This document shows, in pieces, positions 54,618-63,100 of a stretch of DNA of 64,000 bases. A model generated the notes under the pieces. That model was not told where the DNA came from, made no database searches, and saw nothing but the letters and a program-made list of their open reading frames with translations. The stretch comes from a virus: positions 1 through 64,000 of the IMG/VR virus record IMGVR_UViG_3300009314_000007. The stretch is one strand, 5' to 3'. Position 1 is the first letter of the stretch. Every line of letters starts with the position of its first letter. Both the position numbers and the translations under genes were made by a program.

Positions 54618-56341
54618 TGCCAAAGAAACGTGAGGTACAGAAGACACGGGTTCCCCTCAAAGCCGGGGAGAAATCTGTTTTGTTTGCTACGCTCATTCGA
54701 CAGCCGGAGGCGTTCGAGGCGGCGCAGTCGATACTGAGTTACGAGCAGATCGCCGAGGTTGATCGGATGTACGCCGTCGTGTGGCAGGTAGTCTGCGACT
54801 ACTACGCTGAGAACGATAGGCTGCCGGAAGAGCACTACGTGCAGACCGGGCTTTCGAGGTTCCTGGCGGAAGACCCGGACGTGCTGACTGACAAGGAGCA
54901 GACAAAGCTGGCCGCCTTCTTGGGGTTTGCTTTCGATACTCCGGTGGAATCGCTTAGACCCAGGATGGGCGAGAGGTATCTGTCGAAGTACATGGAGGAT
55001 CGGCTTGCGGACGAGATGCGGTCACGGCTGACGGGTTACACGCCTGTCAACATCTACGAGCTATTTCAGGACGCGGTGGCTCGAACGGAAGATCTGACCG
55101 TGGTGGGCTCCGCGACCCTTCCGGATGCGTTCGAGGACGACTGGCTGGAGGAGAACGAGTTCCTTGATCTTCGGGACACCGGGATAGACTTCATCAACCG
55201 ATTTCTGGGTGGGGATGATGAGGACGAGGCGGAGTTGGTGGGATTCGGGCATGGCTGCACAGAATCCTTTGGACTGCTCGGTCCGTATGGTGGTGGAAAG
55301 ACGACCACTGGGGTAATGCTCAGCACTATGGGCGCCAAGCTGGCTTATAACGCCTGGGAGCAAAGCGGTGGGACAGGCCCGCTGCGGTTGTCGTACCACT
55401 TCACATGGGAAGAGCCTAAACCGTCCTTACGCTTGCGGGCGCTGGCGTTCCTGGCGGAGGTGCCGCACAAGCGGATCAAGCTGGCGGTCAAGCAGAAGGA
55501 TCTCCAGGGCGTGCTTAGTAACAGCGACACCCTGCTGGACTACGAGCAGACGAGATACGCTCACAAGATCCGGGCGGGGGAGGCTGTGGGGGGCGAATAC
55601 GAGAGGGTCCGGCGGGCTATTGAATTGCTGAATGCGTGTTGGAGGGTGGTCGATCTAACTGGCAGCGACAAGTCGTTGGGGCTTCGAGGGACGAACCTGG
55701 TTGACGAAGTGGCAGCCGTTATCCGTAAGGACCAGCGGAAAGTTCGTCATGCCCACAGTGATTTTCCGACTGGCGTGCAGATGGTGGTCGCAGATTACGT
55801 GGGCGCCGCGGCGGAAAAGCACCTCGATGCAAACGGGATGGACCACGGTTCAAACCTGCGGCACATTATCAACCGCTGGCCGCTGCACATGAAGACCAAA
55901 GTCGCCGTGCCGTTTTTCTGTCCTGTGTGGTCGCTACACCAGTTGAGCACGCAGGCGAACACACTGATGGCGGGGAGCGTTCCCAAGTACACCGACTCGG
56001 CAGAGGGTAAAGCGTTTGCCGAGAACCTGGACTTTTGTGTGATGTACGGGATGAAGGACAGTGACGACCGGATGGTGTGTACTTGCAACAAGGCTCGGCG
56101 GGAAGCGGCCATGCCGCCGATCATTGTGCGGCTGCGGGGCGCCCAGCAGAGAGTTGTGGACGACTCGTCGAATTACACACTCAAGAGTCGTAGGATTACG
56201 TCTCGCACACTTGCGGAGACTGTGCAGGGAGGGGCCTCGCCTGCGGCGCCGACAGATGATGAGGGGCAATCGCCCAACGAGATTCAGCGGCAGAACCAGG
56301 ATGTAAGGGGTCGCCGCGCAAGAGGAGCGCGTACTATATGA
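54617..56341 (+). CDS. DnaB-like (SF4) replicative helicase
   Basis: GPYGGGKTT, FTWEE, VVADY, HQL, NKAR motifs; adjacent to primase. Confidence 0.8.
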   Translation: MPKKREVQKTRVPLKAGEKSVLFATLIRQPEAFEAAQSILSYEQIAEVDRMYAVVWQVVCDYYAENDRLPEEHYVQTGLSRFLAEDPDVLTDKEQTKLAAFLGFAFDTPVESLRPRMGERYLSKYMEDRLADEMRSRLTGYTPVNIYELFQDAVARTEDLTVVGSATLPDAFEDDWLEENEFLDLRDTGIDFINRFLGGDDEDEAELVGFGHGCTESFGLLGPYGGGKTTTGVMLSTMGAKLAYNAWEQSGGTGPLRLSYHFTWEEPKPSLRLRALAFLAEVPHKRIKLAVKQKDLQGVLSNSDTLLDYEQTRYAHKIRAGEAVGGEYERVRRAIELLNACWRVVDLTGSDKSLGLRGTNLVDEVAAVIRKDQRKVRHAHSDFPTGVQMVVADYVGAAAEKHLDANGMDHGSNLRHIINRWPLHMKTKVAVPFFCPVWSLHQLSTQANTLMAGSVPKYTDSAEGKAFAENLDFCVMYGMKDSDDRMVCTCNKARREAAMPPIIVRLRGAQQRVVDDSSNYTLKSRRITSRTLAETVQGGASPAAPTDDEGQSPNEIQRQNQDVRGRRARGARTI

Positions 56342-57468
56342 CAATTGAGGTGCTCAACCCGGCTCTTTACGGCGGGCTGGTCCGTCGTTATGGGCGGGAA
56401 TCTATTGAGATCGTCGCACCTGGCGAGCGCATCGAATGGTCGGTGCGTAAAACGCGGCCGGGCGAGGCGGGAGAGCTGAAGCGCGAGGTGGAGCATTCCG
56501 GTGAGGAGTATCGGATGCGGTGTCCGTTTTGTAAGGATCACCGTCCGAGACTCTATGTCAATCACCGGTTTGGTGTGGAGGACCCGCGAACGGGCTTGCT
56601 CAACTTGTGGCTCGCGCAGTGCTTTAACGAGCGGTGCTTTGAGGATTACGAGAACTGCGAGCTGTTTTGGGATTCCGTTTACTCGATTTCACGGGACATG
56701 GCGGGGACCATACGGATTGGAGAGGGGAAGAAGGCGTCGAGCGAGGTTCGGGAGGTGGCGCCACCAGGTCCAATGTGGCGACTTGACGAGTTGGCAAGAA
56801 ACCATCCAAACCACCACGCGGTGCAGTACCTGGCGGGCAGGCATTTCGATCCCGGTAAGATTGGGAGGCTTTGGGGTGCCGCGTACTGTCCGCGGGCCCA
56901 TGTGTACAACATGGCGTCCGACAAGATCATCATCCCGATTTACTGGCGGGGCGAGATGGTTGGCTGGCAGGCTCGATACATCGGAGATGACGTGAAGGGC
57001 GTGCCGTTCAATAAGGCAGGCGTGGCCAAGTATTGGTCGTCCCCGGGCTTCAAGCGGAGTCGGGTGGCTTACAATTTTTGGAGAGCAGTGCAACACCCCA
57101 CTGCGGTTATCGTGGAGGGCATGACCGATGTATGGAGCATGGGCATGCAGTCGATGGGTGTATTTGGAAAGACAATGAGTGCCCCGCTTCGGCGATTGTT
57201 GTTGCAGGAGATGTCGGATAGGCATCGGCCGGAGGAGGCGGTGATCGTCATCTTGCTGGACCCCAAGAAGGATAAGAAGGACAAGGTTCACCACATTGAG
57301 AGACTGTATGGACAGCTTGCGAATCAGGGAGCGGCTGTCCGCGTGCTGAAAGTGTATCTTCCCCCGGAAGTGGACCCGGGGAGTAGCGAGCGTGCGTGGT
57401 TGCGAGACTACATTCGCGAGAAAGCAGACGAGGTAGGTTACCCCGTCAGTTTTAGGAAACCGACATGA
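56338..57468 (+). CDS. DNA primase (Zn finger plus TOPRIM)
   Basis: CPFCKD..C Zn finger, IIIPI..GWQAR..KY, IVEGMTD, LLD, DPG. Confidence 0.88.
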   Translation: MTIEVLNPALYGGLVRRYGRESIEIVAPGERIEWSVRKTRPGEAGELKREVEHSGEEYRMRCPFCKDHRPRLYVNHRFGVEDPRTGLLNLWLAQCFNERCFEDYENCELFWDSVYSISRDMAGTIRIGEGKKASSEVREVAPPGPMWRLDELARNHPNHHAVQYLAGRHFDPGKIGRLWGAAYCPRAHVYNMASDKIIIPIYWRGEMVGWQARYIGDDVKGVPFNKAGVAKYWSSPGFKRSRVAYNFWRAVQHPTAVIVEGMTDVWSMGMQSMGVFGKTMSAPLRRLLLQEMSDRHRPEEAVIVILLDPKKDKKDKVHHIERLYGQLANQGAAVRVLKVYLPPEVDPGSSERAWLRDYIREKADEVGYPVSFRKPT

Positions 57469-60400
57469 CAAAAGAACGCAGAAAGCTGATTCGCAAAGGA
57501 GGCCCCGGGCTTGCCGCGAAGACGAAAGAGCCGGTCACCACTAACGTTATTGGAGAGGCTGACAAGAAGCCGAAGAAGAAAGCGGTGTTGGCGAAACGTA
57601 GGGACCAGCCAGCTCCGACGAGGTCCCGGCAACCCGCCGGAAATCTGTTTCCTTTGAACGCTCCGGGGATGCCGCTACCTGGCCCGGACTTGTTGGAGTA
57701 CGCCGCGGCGCTTGGCGGAACTCACGAGATAGTCGGGAAGAGCCGAAGCGCTCGCCTGACGCAGGCGGGTCAGACGCTGCCAGCCCTATTCAGGAAGATC
57801 CTTTATTCGTTTGGCGACATAGCCGTCCCGTTTAAGCACAAAGGTAAGCGTCACGACTTGTCGGTGGTAAGTGGCCACGTGTGGGGAGATCCGTTTGGAG
57901 AGTGCCGCGGGCCTCGTCAGGCGGACGTGATGGTGATCGCCAAGATGCTTGGTGACGAAGAGAACAATCAGGGAAGGAACATGATCGGCAACTCCGGGCA
58001 GTTATTTCTGGAGACCTGTCGAGAGCTGGGACTCCCTCGGATTTCTCGCTGGTACGTTACCAACCTGATGAAGACCCTGCATCCGGAGGCGGATTCCGGG
58101 GGCACGAGATTGACTGCGGCGATGATCAAGGAGTGGCTACCGTTTCTGCACCAGGAGATCCGTATCGTGCAGCCCAAGTACATTCTGTGCTTGGGGGCTG
58201 ATGCGAGCGCGGGTCTGTTGGAGTACGAGGGCGGGTTCAAGAGAAAGGACAAGTTCCGAGCCTCGATCAGTAACATGCAGGGCCGCATTGTCGAGTGGGA
58301 GTACCCGATCAGTCGCAAGGATGAGGGCAAGATCCAGTACAAGCAGGCACTGGTCATGTCCATCACGCATCCCGCCGCCGTGCTGCACGCCCCTGAGCAG
58401 GAGGACGTGTACGTCAACGGCGTAGCCAGGTTCGGGCAGATGATCAAGGGAATGCGGTGGGACAAGGAGGAGGAGGGTCTTGATCACAGGACGATTACTT
58501 CGCTCGTCGAGTTGAAAGAGCTGTACCACGAGATCAGAGCGGACTGCGAGGATAACTTGCTCGGGATCGACGCCGAGTGGCACGGGGATCACCCGCAGAA
58601 CAAGGGCAGCTACCTGCGCACTATACAGATTTCCTGGAAGCACAAGGCCGCGGTCTGCATCAGGCTACGTGCCCCAGGCGGTGCCTGGGCTTTCGCGGGG
58701 TGCGGCCGAAAGACTGTCGCGAAATGGGTTAAGAGGATTTGTAAGGGAAGGAGGCTCGCAGGGCACTTCTTCTCTGCCGACCTCGAATGGCTGATCGACT
58801 TCGGTATTGATCTTCGCGAGGAGTTCATGGTCCCGGACACTTGGACGGAGTACATGAAGCGGTGGCGGCGTAAGAAGGGTTGCGGGTTCGATACTGGTCT
58901 AGCCGCACACGGCATAGCAGAGACCGACGATTTCAGCCTAACATCACTCACGCTGCGACATACGACTGCTCCTCGTTACGATGTAGCGCTGGTGAAGTGG
59001 GTTGCGGATTACTGCAATGAGCACAAGCTGAAGAAGGAGGAGCTGGAGGGTTATGGGGAGTGTCCTGACGATGTGCTGATTCCCTACGGCATCTACGATG
59101 CCGACGTGACTCGGCGAATCGCGGTGAAGTTCGCTAGGAGGTTATTCAAGGATCGTTTCAACAACAACTGCTGGGAAGCGTTCTGGATGTCCATGCGGGC
59201 CCAACCGGCAGCTTTGGAGATGAATATGAGCGGCGTGCAGATCGACCGGGAGCGACTTGATCGTCTCACGGAGACCTACATGTCGGCCAAGGCCAAGCTG
59301 GAGAACACAGTGCGCACTTGGGCTCGGTGGCCCGATATGAATCTGAACTCGGTGTTTCATATTCGCGAGTTTCTCTACGGGGAGCGGTACAATGGGCACG
59401 AACACCCTGAGGGTACACCTCCCATTAGGAAGCGTCCGGCAGACGGCAGGTCCCTGAAGCTCAATCCGATCCTCACTACGGATAAGCGGCCCATGCGGTG
59501 GTCCGAGGTGGTGCAGAAGGGATTGGAAGACCAGAAGACGCCGAGCACGGACAAGATGTGCCTGGCCATCTTGGCGCAGGACAATCAGGCGGTCCGGAAA
59601 TGGCACCCTACGAAGCTGGATTACCGTACGTACGATTTCAGCAAGCAGGTCACCTGGGTTCGGGATTACCGGTTCATCAGTCAGGTGCTCAAGAGCATGC
59701 TGAGGACTCCGAAGATCGAGAAGCTGCCGGACAAGACCGAGGCGTTCTTGAAGAAAGACGACTACTACGTCTACCCTGGCGGGCTCCCCGCCGCGGTTTG
59801 CGACGATAGCCGGGTGCGAACCCACTTCTATCAAACCAAGGAGACCGGTCGATGGGCCTCGGCCCGTCCGCCGCTGCAAAACCTGACTAAGCGAAGGGAG
59901 GTGGATTACAAGCGGATTCTGGGTCCAGATTACAAGTGGGCACTTAGGACTATCATTACGGCTCGGCCGGGGCACTTGCTTCTGGAGGCGGATATTACCG
60001 GCGCCGAGCTGGCGGGCATGGCGATTATGTCTGGCGACAAGAGGATGATCGAGCACGCGCAGAGAAACGTGCTGGCGGAAGACGATCCCAATTACTACGA
60101 CATCCACAGCCACGTTGCCGTGCTGGCGTTCCGCTTGGACTGTGAGCCCACCAAGGGCGGTCTGGAATTGATTGGGATGAAGCACATGCGGCTCGTGGCC
60201 AAGAGTGTGATCTTCGGTATCGCTTACGGGCGGGGAGCCAAGGCCATCGCGTTGGCTGCGAAGGAGGAGGGAGTCAATATCACGGTCGAGGAAGCGCAGC
60301 GGGTGATCGACACGATCTTCCGGATGTACCCGAGACTGGTGCCGTTCTTCGAGGCTTGTCGTGCTCGCTCCAGAGATCCTCGGTGGATCTGTGGTTGTCT

Positions 60401-60914
60401 TGGTCGTTTTCGTCGTTTCCCGGTTGCCCGAGAATGGGTAGTCCAGGGCGACTTCGAGCGACAGGCGATGAACTTCCCGATGCAGAACATGGTGGCAGAT
60501 GTAATGAGCAGGGTTGTGGATCACCTGTATCATTATCGAGAAGAATACCCGGACGTGACCTATCGCATGGTGGCGCAGATTCACGACGCGGTGTTGTTGG
60601 AGGTTCCGTACGCGCATGTGTCGCGTGTGATCGACGAAGTGATTCCCGAGTGCATGGTCAATCGCGTACCGATCTACCCGTGTACGCTGGACGGAATGCC
60701 GACAGGTAAGGGCCCCTACTATTTCGGTGCGGACATCGACCCGTATCATCGGTGGGGGCAGGATATGGCTCCGGATGAGTGCATGAAAATTGGACTCGAT
60801 CCGAAGTACGCGCACTGGACGCAGACCGCGAATGGTTATCTGCATCCAGAGAAGAAAGACAAGATTTGGGTTGGGGACATCCATGGAGGAGAACTTGTGT
60901 CTCTGGCGCCCTAA
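57465..60914 (+). CDS. polA: Family A DNA polymerase with N-terminal uracil-DNA-glycosylase-like domain (SPO1-type architecture)
   Basis: UDG-like YVTNLMK, PKYILCLG, HPAAVL; exonuclease GIDAE, YDAD; polymerase TGRWAS, ADITGAE, R..AK..FGIAYG, QIHDA. Confidence 0.93.
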   Translation: MTKERRKLIRKGGPGLAAKTKEPVTTNVIGEADKKPKKKAVLAKRRDQPAPTRSRQPAGNLFPLNAPGMPLPGPDLLEYAAALGGTHEIVGKSRSARLTQAGQTLPALFRKILYSFGDIAVPFKHKGKRHDLSVVSGHVWGDPFGECRGPRQADVMVIAKMLGDEENNQGRNMIGNSGQLFLETCRELGLPRISRWYVTNLMKTLHPEADSGGTRLTAAMIKEWLPFLHQEIRIVQPKYILCLGADASAGLLEYEGGFKRKDKFRASISNMQGRIVEWEYPISRKDEGKIQYKQALVMSITHPAAVLHAPEQEDVYVNGVARFGQMIKGMRWDKEEEGLDHRTITSLVELKELYHEIRADCEDNLLGIDAEWHGDHPQNKGSYLRTIQISWKHKAAVCIRLRAPGGAWAFAGCGRKTVAKWVKRICKGRRLAGHFFSADLEWLIDFGIDLREEFMVPDTWTEYMKRWRRKKGCGFDTGLAAHGIAETDDFSLTSLTLRHTTAPRYDVALVKWVADYCNEHKLKKEELEGYGECPDDVLIPYGIYDADVTRRIAVKFARRLFKDRFNNNCWEAFWMSMRAQPAALEMNMSGVQIDRERLDRLTETYMSAKAKLENTVRTWARWPDMNLNSVFHIREFLYGERYNGHEHPEGTPPIRKRPADGRSLKLNPILTTDKRPMRWSEVVQKGLEDQKTPSTDKMCLAILAQDNQAVRKWHPTKLDYRTYDFSKQVTWVRDYRFISQVLKSMLRTPKIEKLPDKTEAFLKKDDYYVYPGGLPAAVCDDSRVRTHFYQTKETGRWASARPPLQNLTKRREVDYKRILGPDYKWALRTIITARPGHLLLEADITGAELAGMAIMSGDKRMIEHAQRNVLAEDDPNYYDIHSHVAVLAFRLDCEPTKGGLELIGMKHMRLVAKSVIFGIAYGRGAKAIALAAKEEGVNITVEEAQRVIDTIFRMYPRLVPFFEACRARSRDPRWICGCLGRFRRFPVAREWVVQGDFERQAMNFPMQNMVADVMSRVVDHLYHYREEYPDVTYRMVAQIHDAVLLEVPYAHVSRVIDEVIPECMVNRVPIYPCTLDGMPTGKGPYYFGADIDPYHRWGQDMAPDECMKIGLDPKYAHWTQTANGYLHPEKKDKIWVGDIHGGELVSLAP

Positions 60915-60934
60915 TCTCTCAACATCTTGTACCG

Positions 60935-60962
60935 TTGACTTCCCGGTGTGCAGTAGTACACT
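60935..60962 (+). promoter_or_regulatory. Possible sigma70-like promoter
   Basis: ttgact - 16 bp - tacact in the polA/SSB intergenic gap. Confidence 0.35.
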
Positions 60963-61015
60963 GGGGATGGTCGGTAAACCTGATTTTGTTTCAACCCATT
61001 GGAGGTCTGTTTATT

Positions 61016-63004
61016 GTGAGTAAGAAGAAAACGACGAAGAAGAAAGTAGCCAAGGCAGCCGTGAAGACGCGAGTGCCCGGGGCTCCCAAGGCAAGGAAGC
61101 GGACCAGGGACGCGCAGAAGGGCATGACGGCGCCGACGCTCGCCCCGCCGGACGACCGCACGCTGATGCGTGCAGGAGGGCGGTTGCCGCATGGTGGCAC
61201 GGTGCCGGAGGTGCAACTGTTGCGGCCCTCCTGGAAGGATGGGCACATGATCGTGCGGCCCTTGCCGACGTGGAATCCCATGAAGCCCGGCGAGGAGCTG
61301 GACCCGATTCGGAAGAGCGCCGAGCCGAATGGTTTCCGCGATTGGATTCGGGAAGTCACGGCTGTGTCCTATTGGGGCTCGGACGACGATGCGGTCACCT
61401 TCCTGTTGTACGACAAGGAGAACAGCACGCCGGACGAGTGGAGGGTCAATCCGGCCGTCGTGTTGTTTAGGGCGGTCAACGCGATAGCGAATCCGCAGAA
61501 GCCCACTTCGCAGTCGAAGTACATCGCGAAGTGGGCGAAGCTGATTGTGGGCAGCAAGAGGCTCATCAGCCCGCCCACGTCGTTGCTGTTCATGGGTGGC
61601 CTGGTGTTCAAGCGGGGCAACGACGTGTACTTCGGCAAGGACGCCCTGCGCGTGCCGGTGGGTTTGGCAGACGACGACGCCCCGCCGATCATCCAGCTCA
61701 AGGGCTCGCCTCGTTTCAAGGGTTCCTTGGTGTATCGTGTCAAGGAGGCCCTCAACGCACTCAATCCCGAGTGGGAGGGGGACCTGAGCGACTGGGAGAA
61801 CTCGATGCTCCATGGCGACGTGGTGGCTCCGGAGCACGGGCGATTCCTGACCATTTACAACCCGAAGGCCGAGGGTTTTCTGGCGAAGTCCGACGGGGAC
61901 GACGACGATGACGACGGCGAATTCGGTGTGGGTGGTCAGGGTGATGGTTCGCGAGGCAAGAAGGACGACGCCGAGGATATTCAGGGCTACCAGGTTCGTG
62001 TGGACAGGCACCTCCACCGCAACGGCAAGCTGCTGAAGAAGACGGCGACACTGGAGGACTCGTCCAAGGGTCCGTTCTTGACCACGGCGAAGCGGCAGAT
62101 CGTTTTCCTGGACGATATTCTGTACTTCCCGAGTGTCGAGGAGCAGTGCTTGCTGATCGCCAGGGCCCTGCGGCATTATCGGGAGCTGGTCGAACTTGGT
62201 TGGCAGCGACACCCGGAGTTTCTCACCGACGAGGTGCGGGCGGTGTTGGCCGACGCTACGCAGGCTGCGGTTGGTGGGGACGTTCCGGAAGACGAGGAGG
62301 GCGACGACGAGGCGTTGGACGAAAGCCTGACTCCGGGTAGCCGCGAGCGCCGACGTTCTGCCGGGGTCCCCGCGGCTGAAGTCGAAGAGGCCGAAGCCGA
62401 GGAGGGCGACGACGAGTACGAGACGGTCGAAGAGATCGACGCCGAGGGCGAAGACGAGGCCGAAGTCGCCGAGGGTGAGGAGGGCGACGAGCTTGAAGAG
62501 GACGAAGAGTACGAGGTGGTGGAAGTCGAGGAGGAGGTCGAAGTCGCCGAGGGTGAGGAGGGCGACGACGAGGAGGGCGAGGAGGCTGAAGCCGAAGACG
62601 AGGAGGTCGAAGCCGAGGCTGAGGAAGGCGACGACGAGTACGAGTTCGAGGAGGTCGAAGTCGATGAGGAGGACGAGGCTGCGGAGGAGGGAGAGGACGC
62701 TTCCGACGAATACGAGGACCCCTCTGATGTAGACGACGAGGAGTACGAGGAGGTGTCGGAAGAGGAGCCCGAAGCGGAGGCTGAGGAGCCCGATCCGGAC
62801 GAAGAGAACTTCCAGGAGCTTGCTGAGCAGGCGGAAGCGAGATCGGCTGCTCGTAAGGCCCCGGCGGCGAAGAAAAAGGGCGCGCCGAAGAAGAAGAAGG
62901 CCGCATCGAAGGCCACATCGGAGGCCGCACCGAAAAAGAAGGTGGTCAAGAAGAAGGTGGTCAAGAAGGCTCCTCCGAGCCGCAAGAAGAAGAAGAGCAG
63001 CTAG
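61016..63004 (+). CDS. Putative gp32-like single-stranded DNA-binding protein with very long acidic region and basic tail
   Basis: ggagg RBS before GTG 61016; GHMIVRPLP resembles gp32 G.A.IRFLP; position between polymerase and RecA. Confidence 0.5.
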   Translation: MSKKKTTKKKVAKAAVKTRVPGAPKARKRTRDAQKGMTAPTLAPPDDRTLMRAGGRLPHGGTVPEVQLLRPSWKDGHMIVRPLPTWNPMKPGEELDPIRKSAEPNGFRDWIREVTAVSYWGSDDDAVTFLLYDKENSTPDEWRVNPAVVLFRAVNAIANPQKPTSQSKYIAKWAKLIVGSKRLISPPTSLLFMGGLVFKRGNDVYFGKDALRVPVGLADDDAPPIIQLKGSPRFKGSLVYRVKEALNALNPEWEGDLSDWENSMLHGDVVAPEHGRFLTIYNPKAEGFLAKSDGDDDDDDGEFGVGGQGDGSRGKKDDAEDIQGYQVRVDRHLHRNGKLLKKTATLEDSSKGPFLTTAKRQIVFLDDILYFPSVEEQCLLIARALRHYRELVELGWQRHPEFLTDEVRAVLADATQAAVGGDVPEDEEGDDEALDESLTPGSRERRRSAGVPAAEVEEAEAEEGDDEYETVEEIDAEGEDEAEVAEGEEGDELEEDEEYEVVEVEEEVEVAEGEEGDDEEGEEAEAEDEEVEAEAEEGDDEYEFEEVEVDEEDEAAEEGEDASDEYEDPSDVDDEEYEEVSEEEPEAEAEEPDPDEENFQELAEQAEARSAARKAPAAKKKGAPKKKKAASKATSEAAPKKKVVKKKVVKKAPPSRKKKKSS

Positions 63005-63050
63005 AGGAAGCGCAGCTAGAGTTACTATCCCGCTTGGTTGTCCGCTCCAC

Positions 63051-63088
63051 GCCCGCCCCGGTCACACGGGGCGGGCTGGGGTCTTTTC
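63051..63088 (+). terminator. GC-rich hairpin, terminator-like or RNA-stabilising
   Basis: gcccgccccg / cggggcgggc perfect 10-bp stem; T tract offset by several bases. Confidence 0.55.
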
Positions 63089-63100
63089 CAGGAGATGCAC

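Noticed and set aside
57465-60914. Intein or intron in polymerase, helicases or terminase
   Set aside because: No C/S...HN splice motifs or LAGLIDADG blocks; extra length is explained by the UDG-like domain
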